DNA from: an uncultured Acidobacteriota bacterium | Lineage (GTDB): Bacteria; Acidobacteriota; Thermoanaerobaculia; Multivoradales; JAHEKO01 | Length of the DNA: 64,000 bases | NCBI GenBank assembly: GCA_963713825.1 | Contig: CAVQNG010000005.1 | Coordinates: forward strand, 227,503-291,502 | Direction: 5' to 3' | Shown here: piece after piece, positions 27,989 through 37,375 of the stretch | How the letters are laid out: every line of letters starts with the position of its first letter | Position numbering within the stretch: position 1 is the stretch's first letter | The notes under the pieces: generated by a model | Databases searched by the model: none | The model's input: the letters and a program-made list of their open reading frames with translations, nothing else | What the model was told of the DNA's origin: nothing | Program-made: the position numbers and the translations under genes

Positions 27989-28165
27989 GATTGGGGCTGT
28001 GATTGGTGGTACGCGGGTCGGGAAAAGACAGATCTACGACAACCACCCAGTCTGGACCCGCAGCGGGTAGGCATCGGCCGCCAACTCTAGCAGAATCCTG
28101 CGGGCTAGCGACAGTTGCCGACAACGCCACGAATCATGCCATGGACGCCAGGGAAGTGTCGTAGC

Positions 28166-30166
28166 ATGGGGCTCGTGACCGTCAAGCGACTCTCAATCGT
28201 CGGCGCTTTGATTCTGGCCTCTTGCAGTGGTGCTCATGCTCCGGAAGGAGCCGTGGACAGGTACACCTGGGAGGTCTCCGACCTGCAGGAGCGTGGGATG
28301 CTCCTGCTGCTGGAGGATCGGCGCCAATACGACCCGTTTGCGGTCGAAATGACGCGAGATGCCAACCCGGATTTGCGCGCTGATCTGGCAGGAACTCTGG
28401 GAAGAGTACGCGACCCGCAGGGATTGACCATCCTCGAGGAGTTGTTGGCCGACCCAGAGGCGGTCGTTCGACGCGCTGCGGCCTTTGGGCTTGGGCTGCT
28501 CGGAGACGCTCGGGCCATCGATCCTCTTCTGGGGGCAGCGGCTGACACGGACCTGGAAACGGGCCGCAGGGCAGTCGCCTCGCTGGCCAGCTTGAACACC
28601 GATCTCCAGCGGGTGATCGTAGCCATGAACGCACTACCAGCCGAGGAGACCTGGCGACGATTGCTGCCCTCCCTTTACAGGTTCCCCGGTTCCGACACTC
28701 TTTCGGTCGCGCAACAAGCGCTGACCCTGAGGGAGCCAGAGCTCCGGAAGCTGGCGTTCTACGCCCTGGCGCGCGATCCTCTCCCCGAGGCGGCCCCGCT
28801 CATTCGTCCCTTTCTACAGGATCCTGATCCGTGGGTGAGTGGCTTGGCTGCGCGAGCGCTCGGGCAGGTGGGCGACAGACAAGATTTCGACCTCATCGAA
28901 CCGCTTCTGAACGATGAGACAACTCCGGTGGTCCAAGCCTTGCGAGCGGGCAGCAACCTGGTCGCACGAAGTGAAGACGCTGCGCCCGAGGATTGGATCC
29001 CGGAGCTCTTGCGGTTGATGCGGCATCCGGATCCAGGTGTGGCCATCACGGCTACAGAGACCGCCGCTGCCTGGCTGCCCAACGGTTCCCTGGCAGACGC
29101 AATCGTGGCGCTGGTTACCTCCGGTTCCGGGCGCCAGAAGGAGGTGGCCATCCTGTCCCTGGCCGCGGGTGGCGATTCACGGGGCGCGGCTCTTCTTCCG
29201 CCCCTGTCGCGGGATGCCGATCCCCGGTGGCGAGCCGTGGCCGCGACAGCGGCAGCCGAGCTCGGGATGACTTCGACCCTGGTGACCCTGCTCGAGGACG
29301 GCGACCCTGGAGTTCGGCTCTCAGCCCTCACCGGTGTAGTAGACCTCGAGCAGGAGTGGGCTGGTGGATCCGTGGTCCAGATGCTGGAGGACTCTGACCC
29401 CGCCGTGCGGGGAAAAGCGCTCGAGTGGGCGGCAGAGAATCCAGAGATTCCGGTGGATCTTCTGGAGCAGGGATTGGCCGGTCCACCTCGTCAGCCGGTG
29501 GAGTTGTACCTGCACGGCACTGCCGCGTTGCTGGCCAGAGCTCTCGGCGAGCCTCTGGAAAGGGGAGAGATCGTCAGAATCCTCGAAGAGCTGGCCTCGC
29601 GGGCGGACTACCCGGTGCGGGTTCGGGCTGGCCTCGCACTGGAGGAGCTGGGACGCCCCCGACCGGCCGTGGGACCGGCGAGCGTCCGACGCACTGCGCC
29701 TACCTACCGAGAGTTGATCCGACGCTCCTCCAGGCCTCGATTCGTCGAGCTGCACACCCATCACGGCATCGTCAGATTGGAGCTCGATTGCCCGACGGCT
29801 CCTTTGACCTGTCTGAACTTCCTGCAGTTGGTCAATCAGGGGTTCTACGACGGTCTGGAGTTCCATCGCGTCGTGCCCGATTTCGTGGTTCAGGGAGGCG
29901 ACCCCCGAGGGGATGGCTGGGGCGGCCCGGGGTACACGATCCGAGACGAGTTGAGCGGCAAGCCGTTCGGTAGAGGCGTCATCGGAATGGCCCTGGCCGG
30001 TCCTGATACGGGCGGCAGCCAGTTCTTCATCACGCTCTCTCCCCAGCCTCACCTGGACGCCGCTTTTACCGCCTTTGGGGAAGTGACCGACGGAATGGAG
30101 GTGCTCCTGCAGCTCGAGCAGGGCGATCGCATCGAGCGTCTCCTGGAGGTGCCGTTAAGGCACTGA
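28166..30166 (+). CDS. lipoprotein fusion of HEAT/PBS-lyase-like repeats and a cyclophilin-type peptidyl-prolyl isomerase
   Basis: Lipobox ILASCSG. About 500 aa of HEAT-like repeats follow (AAFGLGLLGDARAIDPLL, ARALGQVGD...). The C-terminal cyclophilin is HTHHGIVRLELDCPTAPLTCLNFLQLVNQGFYDGLEFHRVVPDFVVQGGDPRGDGWGGPGY...GSQFFITL. The ORF opens at 28115. Confidence 0.8.
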   Translation: MGLVTVKRLSIVGALILASCSGAHAPEGAVDRYTWEVSDLQERGMLLLLEDRRQYDPFAVEMTRDANPDLRADLAGTLGRVRDPQGLTILEELLADPEAVVRRAAAFGLGLLGDARAIDPLLGAAADTDLETGRRAVASLASLNTDLQRVIVAMNALPAEETWRRLLPSLYRFPGSDTLSVAQQALTLREPELRKLAFYALARDPLPEAAPLIRPFLQDPDPWVSGLAARALGQVGDRQDFDLIEPLLNDETTPVVQALRAGSNLVARSEDAAPEDWIPELLRLMRHPDPGVAITATETAAAWLPNGSLADAIVALVTSGSGRQKEVAILSLAAGGDSRGAALLPPLSRDADPRWRAVAATAAAELGMTSTLVTLLEDGDPGVRLSALTGVVDLEQEWAGGSVVQMLEDSDPAVRGKALEWAAENPEIPVDLLEQGLAGPPRQPVELYLHGTAALLARALGEPLERGEIVRILEELASRADYPVRVRAGLALEELGRPRPAVGPASVRRTAPTYRELIRRSSRPRFVELHTHHGIVRLELDCPTAPLTCLNFLQLVNQGFYDGLEFHRVVPDFVVQGGDPRGDGWGGPGYTIRDELSGKPFGRGVIGMALAGPDTGGSQFFITLSPQPHLDAAFTAFGEVTDGMEVLLQLEQGDRIERLLEVPLRH

Positions 30167-30230
30167 TGCCCACCTCCACGGCAGCGGTGAAGCAAGGTCT
30201 GCCAAGGGGCTGAGGTACACTGCTTCGTTC

Positions 30231-30821
30231 ATGACGGTGAGGCGTCGAATCAACCGACTGGCCCTCGGTCGTGCTCTTCGTGGCACGATTCTGATCGGCG
30301 TTTGGACCCTTGTGATGGCCCTACCGACAACAGCCCAAGAATCGGACGAATCGATCCTCCTCGGCGCCGTGACCCGCGCTGAGATCGAAGCCGCGATACC
30401 CGACTGGGTGAGCGAGGCGATGGCATCGCAGCCCGATCTGGAAGCGACGGATCGGCTCCTGCAGGCGATCGATGGCGCCGAAGTTGTGGTCTATCTGGGT
30501 TCCTGGTGCGACGATACCCGTCGGGAGTTGGGACGCTTCTGGTGGGCCCTGGATTCGTTGGGAGTGGAGGGGCCATCTCAAGTGACCTATGTGGCCGTTG
30601 ATCGCAGCCTGACTAAGCCAGCCGACCAGGTCGCAGGAGTGGGCCTGATCAGGGTTCCCACGATCGTGGTGAGACGCGGCGGCGTCGAGCAGGGTCGCAT
30701 CGTGGAAGAGTCGCCCAATGGCATCGAGATCGACCTCCTCGGCCTCCTCGGCGGGGAGGTGAGCGGGACCATCACCGCTAGCGAAGACCTCTGGATCGAG
30801 GAGACCGACTCCCAGCCCTGA
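30231..30821 (+). CDS. secreted thioredoxin-fold protein (single Cys, SWCDDT)
   Basis: Signal peptide, then VVVYLGSWCDDTRRELGRFW...VPTIVVRRGG, consistent with a thioredoxin-like fold. It has one Cys only, so it is not a canonical CxxC oxidoreductase. Confidence 0.55.
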   Translation: MTVRRRINRLALGRALRGTILIGVWTLVMALPTTAQESDESILLGAVTRAEIEAAIPDWVSEAMASQPDLEATDRLLQAIDGAEVVVYLGSWCDDTRRELGRFWWALDSLGVEGPSQVTYVAVDRSLTKPADQVAGVGLIRVPTIVVRRGGVEQGRIVEESPNGIEIDLLGLLGGEVSGTITASEDLWIEETDSQP

Positions 30822-30849
30822 ACCTGCGGCTGGAGTAGGCACCGAAACG

Positions 30850-31011
30850 ATGAAGAACCTGGGGTGGGGCCTGCAGTTCCTGGCTCTCATTGTCGTCGGA
30901 TGTGCCCTGCTCTTGGGGTTGGCCTATGAGTCCATGGCCGCCGAGCTGAGTCTCCTCGGGCTGGGTATCCTTCTCTTCATGCTGGGCAAGCGGATTCAGG
31001 ACGACAGCTGA
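30850..31011 (+). CDS. small hypothetical membrane protein (53 aa)
   Basis: MKNLGWGLQFLALIVVGCALLLGLAYESMAAELSLLGLGILLFMLGKRIQDDS: two hydrophobic helices. It is not in the ORF track because it is under 60 aa. Confidence 0.3.
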   Translation: MKNLGWGLQFLALIVVGCALLLGLAYESMAAELSLLGLGILLFMLGKRIQDDS

Positions 31012-31062
31012 TGGGCCGTGAGGAACAGGTCTGACGAATTGCCAAGATCCGAGGAAGGTGTG

Positions 31063-32043
31063 AAAAGGCTACTGATTCTGGGAGATCTGCCGGGTGACGG
31101 TGTTAGGCGGCTGCAAGGCAGTTGCGAGGTCGAAGTGCACGACGGTGAGGGGCTCGGCGAGGCCGAGCTGATCAGGCTCATTCCAGGGTTCCACGGCCTT
31201 CTGACCCTGCTGATCCACCCCGTGACCGAGCGCGTACTGGCGGCTGCCGATCGTCTACAGATCGTCGCCAACTGTGCCGTCGGAGTCGACAACATCGACC
31301 TGGCTGCCGCCGAGCGCCACCGGGTCATCGTGACGAACACCCCGGATGTGCTGACGGCCGACACCGCCGATCTGACGTGGGGCCTGATCCTGGCCGTCTT
31401 GCGGGGCATTGTCAGTGGAGACAAGTATCTTCGCCGCGGGAGCTTTCACGGCTGGCGGCCGAAGCTCTTGATGGGTCGCTCGCTCGCCGCCGTGACCCTC
31501 GGTGTCGTCGGGCCGGGCCGAATCGGGCGAGCCGTTTTGGCCCGGGCCCCAGCCTTCGGAGTTCGGAGCCTCTATCATGGTCCTTCTCGACTCCCGGAAC
31601 AGACGGAGCGCGAACTGGAAACGGAATGGTGTGGGCTCGAAGACCTACTGATGGCGAGTGATGTGGTCTCTCTCCACGTGCCGCTGAACACTGACACCCG
31701 TCACCTCATGGACCGCCGAACGCTGCTAAGCATGAAGAAGGGGAGCTTCCTCATCAACACGGCCCGGGGCCCCCTGGTCGACGAGTCGGCTCTGGCGGAC
31801 GCCGTGGCCAGCGGCCACCTTGCCGGTGCCGGACTCGACGTCTATGAGGCCGAGCCCGAGGTGCATCCGCGGCTTCTGGAGCTCGACAACGTCGTTCTGG
31901 TACCCCATATCGGCTCAGCGACGATAGAAACCCGTACACGTATGGCAGACTGTTGCTTCGAGGACCTCTACACGGTTCTCGTGGAGGAGACGGTTCCAGA
32001 GAGGGCCCTGGTGAAACCAGCCCCTGAGGGCGAAAAGCCATAG
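31063..32043 (+). CDS. D-isomer-specific 2-hydroxyacid dehydrogenase (glyoxylate/hydroxypyruvate reductase-like)
   Basis: NAD-binding motif GVVGPGRIGRAV, plus catalytic-region motifs LINTARGPLVDESAL and VLVPHIGSAT. Probable GTG start at 31063 (ORF opens 31018). Confidence 0.85.
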   Translation, partial: KRLLILGDLPGDGVRRLQGSCEVEVHDGEGLGEAELIRLIPGFHGLLTLLIHPVTERVLAAADRLQIVANCAVGVDNIDLAAAERHRVIVTNTPDVLTADTADLTWGLILAVLRGIVSGDKYLRRGSFHGWRPKLLMGRSLAAVTLGVVGPGRIGRAVLARAPAFGVRSLYHGPSRLPEQTERELETEWCGLEDLLMASDVVSLHVPLNTDTRHLMDRRTLLSMKKGSFLINTARGPLVDESALADAVASGHLAGAGLDVYEAEPEVHPRLLELDNVVLVPHIGSATIETRTRMADCCFEDLYTVLVEETVPERALVKPAPEGEKP

Positions 32044-32132
32044 ACAGCAGGCACCAAGGGATGTCTCCGCAGGTCGATCGTTGAGGCCTTCACAGCCATC
32101 CTGCAACCTTTCACGAATGAGCACGTAATGAG

Positions 32133-32720
32133 ATGACGACGGGATCGACGCAGCTTACGGACGCGGAATTGGTCGCGGCGATCCTCAAAGGAGAGCAGGA
32201 GCTTTTCAGTGATCTGGTTCAACGCTATCAAGGCCGTTTGGTCAATTACCTCTACCGCCTCCTCCGCAACGCGTCGGAGGCCGAGGACCTTGCCCAGGAG
32301 GTCTTTCTCAAGCTCTACCGAGCTCTGGACCGGTACGATCCGAGCTATAAGTTCTCAACGTGGCTTTTCCGCGTCGCTCAAAACGCCGCGATCGACCAGA
32401 TTCGTAAGCGCCGCCTGCAGCTCGTCTCCATGGATCGAGCCGGCGACGGCACCAGCGGTTCGGGTACCTGGGAGTTTCCGAGCTCCGATCCGAGCCCATA
32501 CGGCGACTTGCGCAACACCGAGCGCGGAGAAGCGATCCAAGAAGCGATTGATGAACTACCCTGGGACTACCGAGAGTTGATTGTGTTACGCCATTTTGGT
32601 GAATTGTCCTACGACGAAATCGCGACTCTCAAAGGTATGCCTCTTGGAACGGTCAAGAACAAGCTCTTTCGGGGTCGCCAGATGATGAAGGACAAGCTAC
32701 GCGACTTCTTGACGGACTGA
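32133..32720 (+). CDS. RNA polymerase ECF sigma factor (sigma-70 family)
   Basis: Sigma-70 region 2 (DAELVAAILKGEQELFSDLVQRYQGRLVNYLYRLLRNASEAEDLAQEVFLKLYRAL) and region 4 (ELPWDYRELIVLRHFGELSYDEIATLKGMPLGTVKNKL). Confidence 0.9.
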   Translation: MTTGSTQLTDAELVAAILKGEQELFSDLVQRYQGRLVNYLYRLLRNASEAEDLAQEVFLKLYRALDRYDPSYKFSTWLFRVAQNAAIDQIRKRRLQLVSMDRAGDGTSGSGTWEFPSSDPSPYGDLRNTERGEAIQEAIDELPWDYRELIVLRHFGELSYDEIATLKGMPLGTVKNKLFRGRQMMKDKLRDFLTD

Positions 32721-32745
32721 GTCCGACAGTGAGGCAACGGCAGCC

Positions 32746-33348
32746 ATGAGGACAAGAGAACCCGACCACAGCACCTACCAGGAGTGGCTCCATTCGGAGC
32801 TCGATGGTGGACTGACGACCGGTGAGCGGTCGCAGCTGCGCGATCACCTCGCCTTCTGTGATCAGTGCAAGGCAGAGAAAGAGGAGTTGATCAAGCTCGA
32901 GCGTCTCCTGGCCGAGTCCCGCTTGCCGGTGCGAGCCGACTTCTGTGACGAGGTCATGGCGTCGCTTCCAGCCTCGGGTTGGGAGGCGCGTTTTCCAAGA
33001 AGCTGGATTGCCGCCCTGGTCGCGGTCGTAGTTCTGGTCGCAGGGGCCGCTGCCCTCATTTCGTCGGCCGGGCAGGGTGTCGAGCCGACAGTGCCGTTGG
33101 CAGGAGCCTTGGCGGCGATCCTCGGCATGCTTCAGTCCTCCGCCCTGGCCGGGGCTGGACTCCTGACCGCCTCCTGGAAGGGTCTGGGTCTGGCATTCCA
33201 GGAGCTGCTCGGCGGCTCGATCTGGAATCTCGTGGCCGTCAGCGTCCTGGTATTCGCCGTAGACTTCATGCTGATCCGCATGCTCCTTCGACAGGGCCAG
33301 CCCGCAGCGGAGCGCTCCGGTCGCTCCGCTTCCAACGACGATTCATAG
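32746..33348 (+). CDS. anti-sigma factor (zf-HC2 type) with a TM segment
   Basis: HLAFCDQCKAEKEEL is an HxxxCxxC zinc finger. It has a TM helix and a C-terminal extracytoplasmic domain, and lies immediately downstream of the ECF sigma gene. Confidence 0.8.
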   Translation: MRTREPDHSTYQEWLHSELDGGLTTGERSQLRDHLAFCDQCKAEKEELIKLERLLAESRLPVRADFCDEVMASLPASGWEARFPRSWIAALVAVVVLVAGAAALISSAGQGVEPTVPLAGALAAILGMLQSSALAGAGLLTASWKGLGLAFQELLGGSIWNLVAVSVLVFAVDFMLIRMLLRQGQPAAERSGRSASNDDS

Positions 33349-34025
33349 CGCTACCTGGCGCTCCGAGGGATGAGGCGCCCGGCTCACCGCCGGCCGTTCT
33401 TTGTGGGGTTGGGGTTGAGGCGGCTGTCGCTTGCTCCAGCCCGTCCCTGAGGGCTTGGAGCTGAGAGGCCCGTCCGGGTGGCCCGCCTGGGGGACGGCGT
33501 CGGCTACTCAGACTGCAACGGGCGGGCCGCCACCTTGTCACGTCATCGCGCCGGATCTGGTGTGCTCTTCGACGGCTCTTGCGCTGCGCTCGACGTGGCA
33601 CCCCCTGACGAACCACCCGAACGATCCTCTGGCACCGACTGGCAGTGAGGCAGGCAGAGCAATAGGGGCGTAAGGGCGTAGGGGGCTAGGGCTTGAGCCT
33701 CTGTTCCCCCTAAGCCCTCAAAGACTGGCCGGAAGCAATGCCCGGCCACTTCACCCCCCACTGCCCCAAGGGCCGGCAGGGAGGTGCGACCGGACGCGCC
33801 TCAACCCCAGGCCGGGCGGGTGGGGGCCCAGGGGGTTCTTGCAGCGGTAGGGAGGATAAGCCCCCTGGGGGCCCCACGTCGGACCCCTCAGGATCAGTCT
33901 CTTTGCCCAGGACCCAGGACCCGGGTCCCAAGCCCCAAGGGTCGGCCGGGAGGCACGCGCGGGCGACTCAACCCGCCGTGTCTGAGCTAAACTCTGCAGG
34001 AGCGCGCCGGGGAATAGAGCTTGCC

Positions 34026-36229
34026 GTGAAACGACTGATTCCAGATCGACACACTCTCTTGGGCGTCAGCCTGGCGGCGGCAGTGCTACTGGGGCTTTTC
34101 GGTTGCTCCAAGCCTGGTGGGCCGAAGATCGAAGGCGCTCAAGGGGCGCCGGTCATCCTGATCTCGATTGATACGCTGCGCTCCGATCGACTCCCGGTTT
34201 ATGGCTACGACAAGGTCGAGACGCCCCATCTGGATGCCTTTGCTCGCGATGCGATCACCTTCGATCGGGCCTACAGCCACACGCCGCTGACCCTGCCCTC
34301 GCACGCCTCGATCCTGAGCGGCAAGCTGCCCGACCAGCACGGTGTTCGCGACAACGTCGGTTATGACGTGCCGGACGACCTGGTGGCCTTCCTGCCACGA
34401 GATCTCGGGGCCGAAGGGTACAAGACGGGTGCGGCCGTCTCCGCCTACGTCCTGCGCGGCGAGACCGGCATCGCCAACGGCTTCGATTTCTTCGAGGACG
34501 ACATCCGATTTCAGGAGGGTGTCGCTGGGGGGCTCTCTCACGCCGTGGAGGCGAAACCCTGAATGCCGCGCGTGGCTGGCTGCGCTCGGTGGCGGCGGAG
34601 AAGTTCTTCTTCTTCTTTCATCTGTACGAGCCACATCTGCCCTGGGAGGCACCGGAACCGTACGCCTCACGATTCGAAGACCCCTACGATGCCGAGGTGG
34701 CAGCCGCCGACGCGGTGGTGGGGGAGCTGATCGCAGAGCTCAAGGAGCTGGAGGTCTACTCGAAGGCCATCATCATCGTGGTCTCGGATCACGGGGAAGG
34801 CCTCCGCAGTCATGGCTACATGGAGCATGGGTTCTTCCTGTACCGTGAGGACATTCAGGTGCCGCTGCTGTTGAAGCTGCCGAGTCAGCAACAGGGCGGT
34901 ACGAGGCGGACAGCCGACGCGCAGCTCGTGGATCTCTACCCGACGATCGCAGGATTGGTCGGCCTGCCGACCGACGACAGCCTGCCGGGATGCTCCTTGC
35001 TGATGCTTCCCGAGTGCGGCGGCCCCGACCGGATCGTCTACTCCGAGAGCTTCTACGCTCGTCTGCATTTCGGCTGGAGTGATCTGGCCTCCTTGGTGCA
35101 GGGCAAGTATCACTACATCGATGGACCTCAACCCGAGCTCTACGACCTCGAAGAGGATCCCTTGGAGACGACGAACATTCTCAGGGATCAGAGGCACGTT
35201 TACGGCGCTCTGCACAAGAGGCTCGAGGAATTCAATCGGCAACTCGAGCCCCCGATGGAGGTGGACGAGGAGACCCGCAGCCGCTTGGAGGCGTTGGGCT
35301 ACCTTGGTTCGAGCCCGGGCGATCTGGAAGGGCCGCTTCCCGACCCGAAGTCAGAGTTTCAGACTCTGCAAGAGCTGAACGAGGCGAGGACTCTCCTCGA
35401 CAACGGTGAGTTCGAGCAGGCGGCGACGATCGCCAGGCAGGCGGTCGAGGCCAATCCCAGAATGATCGACGCCTGGGATGTTCTGGGCAATGCCCTCGAG
35501 CAGCAGGGACAACTCGACGGGGCTCTGGAAGCCTACAGACAGGGGATGGAGGTCTCGGGACCGCGGTCGGAGGTGATTCTGGCGATCTCGAGAGTGCAGT
35601 TGGAGCTCGGTCGGGTCGAGGAGGCAGTGGCAGGGATCGAAGCGGCGCGCCAGGCCGGGGTCATCAACCCCAATTCGATGCGACGCATCGGTCTGCAGCT
35701 CGTCGAGTGGGGGCGAACCGAAGAGGCTCTCTCCATCGTCGAGGAGGCGGCCGAGGACGGTACTGCCGAGTCGTTGGGAGCCCTGGGACGGGTGCTTTCC
35801 GAGCTCGATCGACAGCAGGATGCAATCGACGTCCTGAACCGAGCTCTGGCCGTCGATCCTGACCACGCACGAGCCCACGAATACCTGGGCCTGGTCTATC
35901 TGCGTCTGAGCGAGAGCGCGCCATCTCGCGACTACTCGGAGAGGGCCGTGGAGTTGGATCCGACTCTGGCGGACGCCTGGAACAACCTCGGCGCCGCGCT
36001 CTATTTTCTGGGCCGGCCAGAAGAGGCTCTGCAGGCCTGGGAGACGGCGGTCGAGCAGGACCCCTCTCAGTACGAGACGCTGTTCAACATCGGCATCAAG
36101 GCTCCCGAGCTCGGCCGGCTCGACCAAGCCAGGGTGGCTCTGCGGCGCTTCATAGAAACCGCTCCAGAGCGGCGGTATGCGGCAGATATCGAGGAAGCGC
36201 AGCGCATCCTGCGTCAACTCGGCGGTTGA
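34026..36229 (+). pseudogene. sulfatase-like (alkaline phosphatase superfamily) lipoprotein fused to C-terminal TPRs, split by a frameshift near 34530-34560
   Basis: N-part 34026-34562: lipobox LFGCSK, PVILISIDTLRSDRLP, PLTLPSHASILSG...HGVRDN. C-part from 34589: FFFFFHLYEPH...VSDHGEGL plus TPRs. In the second frame the sequence reads back upstream as ETLNAARGWLRSV, which matches DTLAAARDWLQSV in the intact paralog at 56906-59116. Confidence 0.7.
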
Positions 36230-36364
36230 AAGGAGAGGTTTTGAAGATCCGGCGTAGCCGAAGGAGGATGGTCTTTTGGAGTATGGCAGTAGCGATGGGG
36301 TGCGACTGCTGCCGGCTCCAGTCAGGCGCAGAACCTACCGGCGATCGTCGTCGAGGAGGGGAGC

Positions 36365-37195
36365 GTGGCGCGACAAGAGGTCGTCGCACTGGGCCGCGAC
36401 CTGGTCGTGTCTGGCGAAGCGATGAGCGACGTGGTCTCCATCAGCGGCTCGACGCGGGTCGAGGGTCGAGTCGGCGGCGACGTCATCGTTTTGGGCGGTG
36501 ACGGCCTGCTGAGCGAGACGGCTCGCATCGAGGGCGATGTCTTCGTTCTGGGTGGTCGGTTGGAGGCCGCGCCCGGAGCACGGATCGAGGGGCGCTCGGT
36601 GTCCTACCCGACCGTCAGCTCCGCCTGGCTGACCCTCATGGAAGGTCCTTCGCTCGGGCTGTCGGCCGCTTCGCCGGTGATTCTCGGCGCCAAGCTGGCC
36701 CTGATGGCCGCGTGGCTCGCCTTGACTTTGCTTCTTTTTGCCACCAGCGGACGGCAGTTGCTGGAAACCTCGGAGTCCGTGCAAGCGAATCCAGGTCGCA
36801 ACTTCGTGACCGGGGTGGCGGCTGTCCTCGCGATGCTGTTGACCGCCTTGTTCTTCAGCGCCTTCGCCGCCGCCATCGTCGGCATTCCCCTGTTGATTCT
36901 CGTCGTGCTTCTGGCCCTGATGCTGAAGCTCTGGGGTATGGTGAGTGTCTTTCACGCCACCGGCTATTGGTTGGTTGCAAGGCTCTTCAAGAAGCGGGCT
37001 CTGCCGCTGAACTATGCGCTCGTCGGTCTTCTGGTCCTGGGTGCGGTCAAGCTCGTACCCTGGGTTGGGACCTGGGCTTGGACGGTGGCCACCTTCATCG
37101 GGGTCGGCTCCACACTGACCACGAAGTTCGGGCGGCAGGAGCCCTGGTTCGATCTCGAAGTGACTGACCGACGAAGCTCTCCAGTACGACTCTGA
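36365..37195 (+). CDS. membrane-anchored bactofilin-like (polymer-forming cytoskeletal) protein
   Basis: N-terminus has repeated GDVxVxG beta-helix motifs (VEGRVGGDVIVLGGDGLL...IEGDVFVLGGRLEAAPGARIEG). The C-terminus has about 4 TM helices. GTG start, with an in-frame stop at 36290-36292. Confidence 0.65.
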   Translation: MARQEVVALGRDLVVSGEAMSDVVSISGSTRVEGRVGGDVIVLGGDGLLSETARIEGDVFVLGGRLEAAPGARIEGRSVSYPTVSSAWLTLMEGPSLGLSAASPVILGAKLALMAAWLALTLLLFATSGRQLLETSESVQANPGRNFVTGVAAVLAMLLTALFFSAFAAAIVGIPLLILVVLLALMLKLWGMVSVFHATGYWLVARLFKKRALPLNYALVGLLVLGAVKLVPWVGTWAWTVATFIGVGSTLTTKFGRQEPWFDLEVTDRRSSPVRL

Positions 37196-37375
37196 AGCGT
37201 CCGTCGACCCCATCCGACGCTCTGCTTGACCCTTCCTGAGCGATCCCATACGCTGTCGATGTCTCCCCGGACCTCGGGGTCGCGCCTGCCCTGGCAGGGT
37301 GGCGAGATGGGAGCGACCGCGGCGAGGGCCTCCGAGCAGAGTCCGGGGAGGATCACGAAACAACAAGGAGGAACT

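Noticed and set aside
33738-34025. N-terminal 96 codons of ORF 33738-34562 (MPGHFTPHCPKGRQGGATGRAS...)
   Set aside because: This stretch is a P/G/R-rich, non-protein-like translation of the GC-rich intergenic region. The real gene starts at the GTG at 34026 (MKRLIPDRH...), which has a proper lipoprotein signal.
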